54,861 nt of DNA from an uncultured Enterobacterales bacterium (GTDB taxonomy: Bacteria; Myxococcota_A; UBA796; CAJQPC01), in NCBI GenBank assembly GCA_964344945.1, contig CAYFPX010000004.1, forward strand, positions 1-54,861, in the 5' to 3' direction. The notes beneath the pieces were generated by a model. The model saw nothing but the letters and a program-made list of their open reading frames with translations. It ran no database searches and was not told the origin of the DNA. Position 1 is the stretch's first letter. Each line of letters begins with the position of its first letter. The position numbers and the translations under genes are program-made. Below, piece after piece: positions 8,213 to 17,073 of this stretch.

Positions 8213-9619
8213 TCAGGAGCAGTCGGGCAGGTCCAGCCACTGGCCGGACACCAGCGTGTCGAGCTCGGCGATCATCGCTGTGAGCTGGGTCGGCTCCGTC
8301 GCGCTGAGGTCGGTGGCCTCGAAGCGGTCCGTGGCCAGGTCGTAGAGCTCGTAGCTGGTGCGGCAGCCCATGACCGGGCTGGCCTGGACGATGAGCTTCC
8401 AGTCGCCGCTGCGCAGGGCCGCGGCGCCGGTCTGGCTGCGGTACTGCTCGCTGTAGACCGAGCGGGGAGACTTGAGTGACCCGAAGCGGGTGGCCCAGGT
8501 GAGGGTGTGGGAGTCGGTGCCGGTGCTGTCGTCGCCGCCCATGATGTCGGCGATGGTGGCGAAGAGGTCGGTGGTGTGGACCGGGTCCGTGACCACCGTG
8601 CCGGGGGTGCCCACGATGTTGGGGCCGGTCAGGGCGTGGCCGCTGATGGCCTCGAGCCAGTCCTTGCCGTCGGTGATGATCAGCGGGACCCGCAGGCCGG
8701 TCTCGTACACGCTTCCCTTGCCCTGGCCGTCGTCGAAGAGGTCCTCGGCGATGTCCTTCTGGCTGCCGTTGTCGGCCATGAAGATGACCACCGTGTCGTG
8801 CAGGTCGCCGATGCCGTCCAGCAGGCGGCCGATCTCCATGTCCAGGCACTCGGTCATGGCCTGGAAGGTGGCCAGATCGCTGCTGGTGTCACCGGTGTAG
8901 CCGCAGCCGGAGGGAGGGGCCTCGAGCGGCCCGTGGGGGGCGTGGTAGTTCACGACCGCCAGCCAGGGGCCGGTGCGCTTGTCGATCCAGTTCAGGGCCC
9001 GATCGGTGGTGACCTCGGTGGCGTAGGAGGTGCGCTCGGTGGCGATGGCGTGGGCGTTCCAGCGGTCGACGCTGCGCAGCTCGAGCCAGTCGTAGTAGCC
9101 GGCGTCGCCGATGCTGCTGATGGTGCCGAAGAAGGCCGGGTAGCCCAGGCCCTTGGCCGGCAGCTCCACGGCGATGAACTCGTTGAGGTAGTCGGTCCAG
9201 GACTCGCCCTCGGCCCACGCGGCGGGCAGCTCGCCCTCGCCCAGGTGCCACTTGCCGAACAGGCCGCTGCTGTAGCCGGCATCGGTCGCCACGTGGGCCA
9301 GGGTGGTCGCGGAGAGGTCCAGGTCGGGGGTGTCCGGCGCACCGACTCCGTGGCGCATGGGGTGCTGACCGGTCTGGAGGCTTGCCCGGGTCGGGCTGCA
9401 ATTCGGGTTGGCCCAGGCATCGGAGAAGCGCACGCCGGCGTCGGCCAGCTGGTCCAGCACCGGGGTCTGGGGCAGGGCCGTGGCTCGGCTCGGGTAGTCC
9501 GGATCCGCGTCAGAGGCGAAGGCGCCCACCTTGTCGACGCCAAGGTCGTCGGCGACGATCAGCAGGACGTTCTGACCGGTTCCGGCCAGCGCGACGGGCC
9601 AGGCGAGGAGGGCGAGCAT
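8213..9619 (-). CDS. Cys-type arylsulfatase
   Basis: Signal peptide MLALLAWPVALAG. VLLIVADDLGVDK and the signature ANPNCSPTRASLQTG (C-x-P-x-R) are present. Confidence 0.85.
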   Translation of the reverse strand: MLALLAWPVALAGTGQNVLLIVADDLGVDKVGAFASDADPDYPSRATALPQTPVLDQLADAGVRFSDAWANPNCSPTRASLQTGQHPMRHGVGAPDTPDLDLSATTLAHVATDAGYSSGLFGKWHLGEGELPAAWAEGESWTDYLNEFIAVELPAKGLGYPAFFGTISSIGDAGYYDWLELRSVDRWNAHAIATERTSYATEVTTDRALNWIDKRTGPWLAVVNYHAPHGPLEAPPSGCGYTGDTSSDLATFQAMTECLDMEIGRLLDGIGDLHDTVVIFMADNGSQKDIAEDLFDDGQGKGSVYETGLRVPLIITDGKDWLEAISGHALTGPNIVGTPGTVVTDPVHTTDLFATIADIMGGDDSTGTDSHTLTWATRFGSLKSPRSVYSEQYRSQTGAAALRSGDWKLIVQASPVMGCRTSYELYDLATDRFEATDLSATEPTQLTAMIAELDTLVSGQWLDLPDCS

Positions 9620-9677
9620 GCTTCGAGCTTAGAGAAACCCAGGCCGGATGCCGATGTCAACCCGATGTCACCGACCG

Positions 9678-10385
9678 TCAGAAGGTCCGTCGGACGGCGG
9701 CTTCGGCGAGGGCCTTGGCGCCGGTGGCGATCGGGCGCCCGTGGGCACCGACGAAGGCGTCGAAGGGCAGCGCCAGCAGGCGCTCGTAGTCCGGGAGCAG
9801 CGTGCCGCCCCTGGGGGTCATGAAGCGGCGCCACGGGGGCCCGATGACCACGGGGTGGCGGGTGAAGCCGACGACGGTGTTCACCGCCCTGGCCGCGACG
9901 GAGCAGCGCTCGGGTCCGGACCAGGCCTGCAGGCTGTCGCAGGCGATGAGCAGGCCCGCTCCTCGGGTGTCCAGCAGGGCGGACTCCGGCTTGACCGTGT
10001 GCTGGAAGGTGAAGGCCTCGAGCCAGGGGATCGGGGTGGGCTCGCCTTCGGCCAGCACGCCCTCCGCGGTCAGGCCCTTCCACTGTTGTCCCGCCTGGGC
10101 CCACGGCCGGGCGCCGAAGGTCTCGGCGTAGAAGGGGTCGTCCGCGCCGTGGGTGCCGATCTTGACGACGTGGGCGATGCGGCCCAGGGCCCGCAGCGCC
10201 GCCAGGCCGTCGTCGTCGAGGCGGATGCTGTTGATCAGGGTCAGCTCGCCTTCGTGGCGCAGGACGACCATGACCCGGTTGATGCGCAGGCCCGGGCCCA
10301 TGTCGAAGGTGCCCTGGACCCACCAGGCGTCGTCGCGGAGGGGCTCGAGGTCGCCGTGGGGGGTGACCGCTGGGAAGTCCGCCAT
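9678..10385 (-). CDS. Hypothetical protein (possibly MBL-fold/DUF4336-like)
   Basis: 235-aa ATG ORF with coding-like composition; no catalytic motif that I can name with confidence. Confidence 0.5.
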   Translation of the reverse strand: MADFPAVTPHGDLEPLRDDAWWVQGTFDMGPGLRINRVMVVLRHEGELTLINSIRLDDDGLAALRALGRIAHVVKIGTHGADDPFYAETFGARPWAQAGQQWKGLTAEGVLAEGEPTPIPWLEAFTFQHTVKPESALLDTRGAGLLIACDSLQAWSGPERCSVAARAVNTVVGFTRHPVVIGPPWRRFMTPRGGTLLPDYERLLALPFDAFVGAHGRPIATGAKALAEAAVRRTF

Positions 10386-10387
10386 GG

Positions 10388-10729
10388 CTACTTCCGCTTC
10401 TTGGGCGGCAGTCCGGCGGCATAGTCACGGCCTCGGCCCACCCAGGTCTCGAGGACCGTGTCGTCGGCCAGGGTGGCGTTCTCGACCAGGAGCCAGCCGG
10501 ACATGGGCTTGCCGCCCCGGCGCATGGCGTCGCAGCCGGGCTCGGCCATCAACGCGTCCATGTCCTCCTTGGCGCAGCGGATCATCAGCTGGCCGTCGTT
10601 GTGGGCGCCGCAGGCCATGTGGCCCCCGATGGTCCAGCCGATGCCGCCGAACATCTTCTTCTCCACCAGGCCCGGGGTGCCGGCCAGGAGGTCGCGGATG
10701 CGTTCGGCGAGGGCGTCGTCGTAGGGCAT
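10388..10729 (-). CDS. TfoX N-terminal domain protein
   Basis: MPYDDALAERIRDLL...EKKMFGGIGWTIGGHMACG...LMIRC... matches the TfoX_N pattern. Confidence 0.7.
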   Translation of the reverse strand: MPYDDALAERIRDLLAGTPGLVEKKMFGGIGWTIGGHMACGAHNDGQLMIRCAKEDMDALMAEPGCDAMRRGGKPMSGWLLVENATLADDTVLETWVGRGRDYAAGLPPKKRK

Positions 10730-10791
10730 GGCTTCGGGCTATCGTCCCGGGCCCCGGGCGGCGACGCCCGGGCCCTGACCCGGAGACACCC

Positions 10792-12534
10792 ATGGCCGAT
10801 CCCGACCGCGGCTTCATGCGAGCCCTGTGCCTGGGCCGCATCGACGCCGACCTCGTGCTGCCCTTCCCCGAGTTCGACGCAGAGCAGAAGGAGACGCTGA
10901 CCGCAGTCGTCGAGCTGATCGACGACCAGTTCGGCGGCCGCGACGAAGAGTTCCGCACCTGGGACGCCGAAGGACACCTGCCCGACGAGGTGGTCGAGGA
11001 GCTGCGCCAGTCGGGCCTGTTCAGCCTGGTCATTCCCGAAGAGCACGGCGGCCTGGGCTTCGGGCCGACCGCCTACTCGCGCACCCTGCAGCAGCTGGCC
11101 CGCCACGACGCCTCGGTGGCGGTCACGGTGGGTGCCCACAGCTCCATCGGCATGCGGGGACTGCTGCTCTTCGGCACCCGCGAGCAGCAGGAGCGCTGGC
11201 TGCCGGCCCTGGCCACCGGCGAGCAGATCGCCGCCTTCTGCCTGACCGAGCCCGGCGCCGGCTCCGACGCTGCCAGCCTCAAGACCACCGCGGTGAAGGA
11301 CGGCGACGACTGGATCCTCAACGGCTCCAAGCTGTGGATCACCAACGGGGGCATCGCGCAGTTCTTCACGGTCTTCGCCCGCACCGGGCCCGCCGAGGGG
11401 CGGGGCCGGCTCAGCGCCTTCATCGTGACCAGCGACATGGCGGGGGTGTCCATCTCCGGCCACGAGGACAAGATGGGCCTGCGGGCCAGCAGCACCACCA
11501 GCGTCTACCTGGACAACGTGCGGGTCTCGGCGGACCACCTGCTCGGCGAGCAGGACATGGGCTTCAAGGTGGCGATGGCCATCCTCAACAGCGGGCGCAC
11601 GGGCCTCGGAGGTGGGGCCGTGGGCGCCATGAAGGCGCTGCTCGAGCTGGCGACGAAGCAGGCCAAGGGCCGGGAGCAATTCGGCCGCCCGATCTCCGAG
11701 TTCGGGATGATCCAGAAGAAGCTCGGCCAGATGGTGGTGGAGTGCTACGCCGCCGAGAGCGTGGTCAACGTGGTCAACGGGCTGATCGAGCGCGGGGACT
11801 GCGACTACGCGGTCGAGGCGGCGATCAGCAAGATCTTCGCCTCGGAGGCCCTGTGGCTCATCGCCGACGAGGCCCTCCAGATCGCTGGCGGCAACGGCTA
11901 CATGCGGGAGTACCCCTACGAGCGCTTCCTGCGGGACTGCCGGATCAACCGGATCTTCGAGGGGACCAACGAGGTGCTGAGGCTCTTCGTCGCCCTGACC
12001 GCGATGAACGACGTGGGCTCGGAGCTCAAGGACGTCTCCGCCAGCGTGAAGGGCATCTTCGACGACCCGATCAAGGGCTTCGGCGTGCTCAGCGACTACG
12101 CCCGGCGGCGGGCCGCCATCGCCACCGGGGTGGGGCAGCGCAGCACGACCTTCCCGGGCCTGAGCGCTGAGGTCGCGCCCGTGGGCGAGGCCTTCGTCGA
12201 GGCCACCCGCAAGCTGGCGGCCGCGACCGACCGACTGCTGCGGAAGCACGGCAAGGGCATCATCGGCAAGCAGTTCGCCAGCAAGCGGCTGGCGGACATC
12301 ATGATCGACCTCTTCGTGCTGGCGGCGGTGATGAGCCGCGTGAACACGGCGATCGAGCGGGACGGTGCCGACGCGACCCAGCGGGAGCAGGACATCCTGC
12401 ACGTGTTCTCCCGGCACGCCCTGCGGCGGATCGAGGGCTGCTTCGCCCGGATCGACGACAACGAGGACGAGGCGATCAAGGCCCTGGCGGCCGACGTGCT
12501 GGAGGCCGAGGGCTTCCGGTGGGACAACATCTGA
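10792..12534 (+). CDS. Acyl-CoA dehydrogenase (long, ACAD9/VLCAD-like with C-terminal extension)
   Basis: ATG 10792 (MADPDRGFMRALCLGRID...); the upstream part of the track ORF is off-composition. Motifs: FCLTEPGAGSD, WITNGG, QIAGGNGYMREYPYERFLRD. Confidence 0.9.
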   Translation: MADPDRGFMRALCLGRIDADLVLPFPEFDAEQKETLTAVVELIDDQFGGRDEEFRTWDAEGHLPDEVVEELRQSGLFSLVIPEEHGGLGFGPTAYSRTLQQLARHDASVAVTVGAHSSIGMRGLLLFGTREQQERWLPALATGEQIAAFCLTEPGAGSDAASLKTTAVKDGDDWILNGSKLWITNGGIAQFFTVFARTGPAEGRGRLSAFIVTSDMAGVSISGHEDKMGLRASSTTSVYLDNVRVSADHLLGEQDMGFKVAMAILNSGRTGLGGGAVGAMKALLELATKQAKGREQFGRPISEFGMIQKKLGQMVVECYAAESVVNVVNGLIERGDCDYAVEAAISKIFASEALWLIADEALQIAGGNGYMREYPYERFLRDCRINRIFEGTNEVLRLFVALTAMNDVGSELKDVSASVKGIFDDPIKGFGVLSDYARRRAAIATGVGQRSTTFPGLSAEVAPVGEAFVEATRKLAAATDRLLRKHGKGIIGKQFASKRLADIMIDLFVLAAVMSRVNTAIERDGADATQREQDILHVFSRHALRRIEGCFARIDDNEDEAIKALAADVLEAEGFRWDNI

Positions 12535-12540
12535 CCTCGA

Positions 12541-13146
12541 TCAGCCAGCCTCGGGCCGCAGGTAGCGCACGACCAGCTCGGTGAGCTCCGTGGCGAGGGC
12601 GTCGCCTTCGACCAGCTCCGGCCGGTGGGTCAGGGCGTCTTCGACCACCCCGAAGACCGCGTGCACCAGCACGTAGGCGCCCAGGCCGACGTTCCGCGGT
12701 CGGATGTTGTCGGGGTCCAGCAGCATGCGGGCGGTGATCAGCTCGACCATGCGCTGCTGCCACCGGTGGTGGAGCGCCTGGCGAGACTCCCGGGGGCACT
12801 CGGTCAGCAGCACGTGGCTGAGGCGGGTGTCGATGCGCTGGGCCGCCAGCATCGCCCGGATCAGGTCCCGGACTCCCTCTTCCAGGTCCCGTTCGCGGGT
12901 GCCGGCGAGCTGCTCCAGCAGCACGGCGGTCTTGCGATCGATCACCTGCTCCACCAGGGCGTGCAGGACCGCGTCCTTGTCCTGGAAGTAGTGGTAGAGC
13001 GAGCCGACGCTCACCCCGGCCCGCTTCGCGATCCGGTTCGTCGAGGTGCGGGCGTAGCCCTCCTCGACCAGCAACAGGGCGGTCGCGTCGAGGATGGCCT
13101 GGACCGTGACCTGGGCCCGGTCCTGGGTGGGGGTGCGGCGAGTCAT
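12541..13146 (-). CDS. TetR family transcriptional regulator
   Basis: ATG 13146. HTH region ILDATALLLVEEGYARTSTNRIAKRAGVSVGSLYHYFQDKDAV. Confidence 0.85.
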   Translation of the reverse strand: MTRRTPTQDRAQVTVQAILDATALLLVEEGYARTSTNRIAKRAGVSVGSLYHYFQDKDAVLHALVEQVIDRKTAVLLEQLAGTRERDLEEGVRDLIRAMLAAQRIDTRLSHVLLTECPRESRQALHHRWQQRMVELITARMLLDPDNIRPRNVGLGAYVLVHAVFGVVEDALTHRPELVEGDALATELTELVVRYLRPEAG

Positions 13147-13165
13147 CCGGGAGAGGGTAGACACG

Positions 13166-13187
13166 AAACCGAGCGGTTGCTCGGTTT
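13166..13187. promoter_or_regulatory. Candidate TetR operator (perfect 9-bp inverted repeat, 4-bp spacer)
   Basis: AAACCGAGC-ggtt-GCTCGGTTT lies in the 162-bp divergent region between the TetR start (13146) and the P450 start (13309). Confidence 0.5.
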
Positions 13188-13308
13188 TTGTCGACTGGAC
13201 GCGCTGGAGGGGCCTGGGTGGCGGGTCTGTGGTCCCTGGGGAACCGAGCACCGGGCGAGTTTCCGGGGGCCCCGTGGCGCTCTACCTTCGAAGCACCCCG
13301 GAGGTGTC

Positions 13309-14658
13309 ATGTCCCGCCCGCTCTCCTCGCTGCCCGGCCCTGCGCCGCTGCCCCTGGTGGGCAACCTGTGGGAGCTGACCGGTGATCCCCTGGGCTTCTT
13401 GGAGCGCGGCACGGCGGAGCACGGCTCCGTCTGGCGCTTCCGGGTCGGCGCTCGGACCTCGGTGGTGGTGACGGACCCGACGCTCATCGACGCGGTGCTG
13501 GTGACCCACCGGAAGGCGACGGTGAAGGACCCGGTCACGGCGGGCCTGTCCGAGGTGCTGGGACAGGGGCTGCTCACCAACGAGGGCGAGTCCTGGCGCC
13601 AGCAGCGGCGGCTGATCGCGCCCAGCTTCCAGCCCCGACACCTCGCCGACCTGGGCGACGAGATGGTCGCCTGCACCGCCCGCGCCGTCGAGGGCATCGA
13701 CAGCGGCCCCCGGGACGTGCACCACGACATGATGGCGCTGACCCTGGACATCGCTGTGCGCACGCTGTTCGGCACGGTCCTGCACGACGTCGATCGCGTG
13801 GGTCCGCTGGTCGAGGAGCTGATGGTCGGGTTCCAGCGGCGGACCCAGACCTGGCGCCGTCTGCTGCCGGACTGGCTGCCCACCCTGGGCCGTGCAGCTG
13901 CGCGGCGCACCCAGGGCGAGCTCCACGGCCTGCTGCTCGAGCTGGTGGCCCAGCGGCGGGCCGAGGGCGCCGAGGGCTCCGACCTCCTGTCTCGCCTGCT
14001 GGCGGCCCGGGACGACGAGGGCCGGGGCATGGACGACGCCCAGCTGAAGGACGAGCTGCTCACCCTGTTCCTGGCCGGTCACGAGACCACCGCCCTGGCC
14101 TTGAGCTACGCGCTGCTGCTGCTCGCAGAGCACCCCGCGGCGCTGGCCCGAGCCCAGGACGAGCTGGGAGAGGTCGTGGGGGAGGGCCCTCTGACGGCCC
14201 GTCACAGCCGCCAGCTGCGCTGGCTCGACGCGGTGTTCCAGGAGGCGATGCGCCTCTACCCGCCGGCGTGGATGATCGGGCGCATGGCCGCCGAAGAGCT
14301 GGTCCTGGGCGATGTCGCGATCCCCGCCGGCACGGTCCTGCTCTGCCCGCAGTGGGTCGTGCATCGGGATCCCAGGCACTTCGCCGACCCCCTGGCCTTC
14401 CGGCCCGAGCGCTGGCTGGCGGAACCGACCTGGCCCAAGGCGGCGTTCTTCCCCTTCGGCGGTGGGCCGAGGGTCTGCGTGGGCAACCACTTCGCCCGGA
14501 TGGAGGCGGTGCTCGTGCTGGCCCGGTGGCTCCAGGCCTTCGACCTGGCACCCGTCGCGGGCTTCGAGGTGGCGGTGCTGCCGTCGGTGACCCTCCGGCC
14601 CCGGGCGGGTGTCTGGGTGGACCACCAGCGCCGAGATGGGCGCCGCCTGGCGGCCTGA
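13309..14658 (+). CDS. Cytochrome P450
   Basis: ATG 13309 preceded by GGAGG (13300-13304). I-helix LFLAGHETTA, ExxR EAMRLYPP, haem loop FGGGPRVCVGNHFA. Confidence 0.9.
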   Translation: MSRPLSSLPGPAPLPLVGNLWELTGDPLGFLERGTAEHGSVWRFRVGARTSVVVTDPTLIDAVLVTHRKATVKDPVTAGLSEVLGQGLLTNEGESWRQQRRLIAPSFQPRHLADLGDEMVACTARAVEGIDSGPRDVHHDMMALTLDIAVRTLFGTVLHDVDRVGPLVEELMVGFQRRTQTWRRLLPDWLPTLGRAAARRTQGELHGLLLELVAQRRAEGAEGSDLLSRLLAARDDEGRGMDDAQLKDELLTLFLAGHETTALALSYALLLLAEHPAALARAQDELGEVVGEGPLTARHSRQLRWLDAVFQEAMRLYPPAWMIGRMAAEELVLGDVAIPAGTVLLCPQWVVHRDPRHFADPLAFRPERWLAEPTWPKAAFFPFGGGPRVCVGNHFARMEAVLVLARWLQAFDLAPVAGFEVAVLPSVTLRPRAGVWVDHQRRDGRRLAA

Positions 14659-14693
14659 GTGCCTGTTAGGCTGGCCGTCACGGAGGTTGTCCC

Positions 14694-15083
14694 ATGCTCC
14701 TCGCCCTCGCGACCGGCCTCACCGCCCAGGCGGCTCCCGTCACCGTCGACCTGCTCACCCCGCCGACCTTGTCGACGCAATTCGAGCTGGCCGAGCCGAG
14801 CCTGGACTACCGGTCCATGCCGACCGCGACCAGCGCGGACTCCCCTGGCTGGGTCGTCACCGGCCTGGGCCTGATGGGCGGCGGCCTGGTGGTCATGGCG
14901 GTCGGTGGTGTCGGCATGGCGGCCACCGACGTCCCGGTCGTCGACACGGTCTTCGGCTGGGTCGGCCTGTTCGGCGCGATCCACTTCGTCGTGGGCGCCT
15001 CGATGCTCGGCATCGAGTTCATGGAGAACGACAACGGCCGGCGGCTGGTGTTCACTGGGAATGGGGTGGCTGGGCGGTTCTGA
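14694..15083 (+). CDS. Small membrane protein, hypothetical
   Basis: ATG preceded by GGAGG (14682-14686). Signal-like N-terminus and two Gly-rich hydrophobic helices. Confidence 0.45.
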   Translation: MLLALATGLTAQAAPVTVDLLTPPTLSTQFELAEPSLDYRSMPTATSADSPGWVVTGLGLMGGGLVVMAVGGVGMAATDVPVVDTVFGWVGLFGAIHFVVGASMLGIEFMENDNGRRLVFTGNGVAGRF

Positions 15084-15273
15084 GTCGGCTCAGGGGGCCC
15101 CTCCCCGGAGCAGGGAGGCGGTGCCTGGCAGGGAAGATCCGTCGCCGGGAGCGCCCACCAGCAGGTCGTTGTCGCCGTCGATGTCGCTGGGCCCCGCGAC
15201 CGACGCCGACGCGCTGCGCAAAGCGCGCCTCGCTGACACATTCACCCCCTAGACAGGGACCCACGGAGGTCCC

Positions 15274-16326
15274 ATGGCGCTCGGTTCCGCTCTGCGCTTG
15301 CTGCACGCGCTGTCGCGCGAGCGGGTTCCCCCGTGCCACGTGTCACTCGACCGGCTCGAGGCCCGGGGGGCCGGACCGGTCCAGGTCTACCGCTACGAGC
15401 CCAGCTCGCCGCCGGTGCGCGGGCACGTGCTGGTCGCCCATGGGCTGTCGCCGCGGGGGCCGCGGGATCCGCAGGTCGTGCGGGTGGCTTGTGCGCTGGC
15501 CGCCGCCGGGTACACCGCCTGGGTTCCGCGCCTGCCGGAGCTGGCGCAGCTCAAGCTGTCGGCGACCACCGCAGACCGCCTCGCGGGCCTGGTCGAAGCG
15601 CTCGCGGAGCGCACAGGCCAGCCCCTGGCCCTGCTCTCGACCTCCTGGACCGCGGGCCTGTGTCTGCAGGTGGCGTCGCGGGAGTCCGTGGGACACCGGG
15701 TCAGCGGGATCTGCGCCGTTGATGCCGTCACGGAGCTGGCCCCTTGGCTCGACTGGCTGCTCGCCGACCAGGCCTCGGACCCCCTCGGGCGGATCCTCGT
15801 GCTCCGCAACCTGCTGCCGAGGGTGCGAGTCCTTCCGGCGGCTGTCGCCGAAGCCCTCGAGGTGGGCGCCCGGGACCTGCTGCAGGCTCGGGCAGAGCCC
15901 GCCCTGCCCCGGTTCCTGGAAGCGGCGTCCCCGGAGTGTCGGGACCTCGTCCGGGCGCTCGCCGGCGATCTCGCGGTCCGGCGAGACCTGGTGGGGCCGC
16001 TGCTGGAGGCCTCGGCGGACCTGTCGCGGGCCTTGGACCACGGGCCCGCGCTGTCCCGACTGGAGACCCCCGTGCTGCTGCTGCAGGGGGGCGCCCTGCC
16101 CGCGGGCCACCTCCAGCGGCTCCACGACCGCCTGGCTGGTGCCGGCGTGCCCGTCCGCACAGAGGAGGGCTCCCTCGTCGGCCCGGCGGATCTGGCCACC
16201 CGGATCGCACTGTTCCGGGGGCTGCGCTGGTGGATCACCCGCCTGCGTAGGCCCCAGCGTCAGCGACTGTCAGATGTCGCTGGTCAGTACGAAGCGCCAG
16301 TCGGTGTCGTCCAGGCCTCGCTGTAG
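15274..16326 (+). CDS. Alpha/beta-hydrolase-fold-like protein with degenerate nucleophile elbow
   Basis: ATG preceded by GGAGG (15265-15269). HVLVAHGL... then LLSTSWTAG where G-x-S-x-G is expected. The 3' end overlaps the convergent gene by 57 nt. Confidence 0.5.
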   Translation: MALGSALRLLHALSRERVPPCHVSLDRLEARGAGPVQVYRYEPSSPPVRGHVLVAHGLSPRGPRDPQVVRVACALAAAGYTAWVPRLPELAQLKLSATTADRLAGLVEALAERTGQPLALLSTSWTAGLCLQVASRESVGHRVSGICAVDAVTELAPWLDWLLADQASDPLGRILVLRNLLPRVRVLPAAVAEALEVGARDLLQARAEPALPRFLEAASPECRDLVRALAGDLAVRRDLVGPLLEASADLSRALDHGPALSRLETPVLLLQGGALPAGHLQRLHDRLAGAGVPVRTEEGSLVGPADLATRIALFRGLRWWITRLRRPQRQRLSDVAGQYEAPVGVVQASL

Positions 16327-17073
16327 CAGGCTGGCCGTGGCTGCGGGCCGGATCCCCTCCTCTCGAAGTGCGCGTGCCAGCGGATCCACCGCCGCCAGGC
16401 AGAACATGTGGGTGTGCCCGGCCACCGGCTGGGAGGCCCCGACCTCGGCCCCTGGCCCGTGCTGGACGTGGATCAGCGGCAGCGGCGCCCCGGTGCTCTC
16501 CAGCACCAGGTCCTTGATGCCCCGCAAGGAGCGGTAGGTGAGGGGTCCCAGGTGCTCGGCCAGGCGGGGAGCCAGCGCGGCCATCGCAGGGGCCTCCAGG
16601 CTGTAGATCCCCAGGGTCCCCGCGAAGGTCAGTGGCGCGACGGGGAAGCGCTGGAACAGCGCCACGAGCGGATTCGGCCCCGGCCCGGGCGGGTCCATGG
16701 ACACCAGGTAGCCCCGGGGGCACCGTCGCAGCCCGTCGGCCAGCCCGGCGCGGAAGATGCGGAAGGGGATCCAGCGAGCCTGGGCGTCGGGGTGGACCTT
16801 GAGGTCCGCCAGGTACCAGCAGGGCACGGGTTCCTGGCCCACCCGGGGCGCGACGCGGCGCAGCATGCCCGCGCCCACGCCGACCACCCGGTCGCCGTCG
16901 ACGGCCGCGTAGTAGTGCAGGTCGCCCAGCCGGTGGAAGAAGGCGAAGTAGTCGTCGCCGTGGTCGATCTGGAAGTGGTCGTCGCCCAGGGGATAGCGGG
17001 CGATGGCCTCCAGGGCTGCGACACCCGGGCCCCACCGGACCTCCAGGTCCCGGGTGATGCGGTGGACCCTCAC
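16270..17073 (-). CDS. GNAT-like acyltransferase (weak) with C-terminal extension
   Basis: GTG 17073 overlaps the upstream stop (GTGA). Core ...AAVDGDRVVGVGAGMLRRV...WYLADLKVHPDAQ resembles the GNAT beta4-alpha3 region. Confidence 0.45.
   Translation of the reverse strand: MRVHRITRDLEVRWGPGVAALEAIARYPLGDDHFQIDHGDDYFAFFHRLGDLHYYAAVDGDRVVGVGAGMLRRVAPRVGQEPVPCWYLADLKVHPDAQARWIPFRIFRAGLADGLRRCPRGYLVSMDPPGPGPNPLVALFQRFPVAPLTFAGTLGIYSLEAPAMAALAPRLAEHLGPLTYRSLRGIKDLVLESTGAPLPLIHVQHGPGAEVGASQPVAGHTHMFCLAAVDPLARALREEGIRPAATASLLQRGLDDTDWRFVLTSDI

Noticed and set aside
10153-10791. N-terminal 213-codon extension of the ACAD ORF
   Set aside because: It is off-composition (Arg/Ser/Pro/Trp-rich) and overlaps the TfoX and upstream genes on the opposite strand. 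An ATG at 10792 precedes the conserved ACAD N-terminus.
10585-12417. 610-aa minus-strand ORF antisense to the acyl-CoA dehydrogenase
   Set aside because: Shadow ORF with no motifs. The plus-strand gene has unambiguous ACAD motifs.
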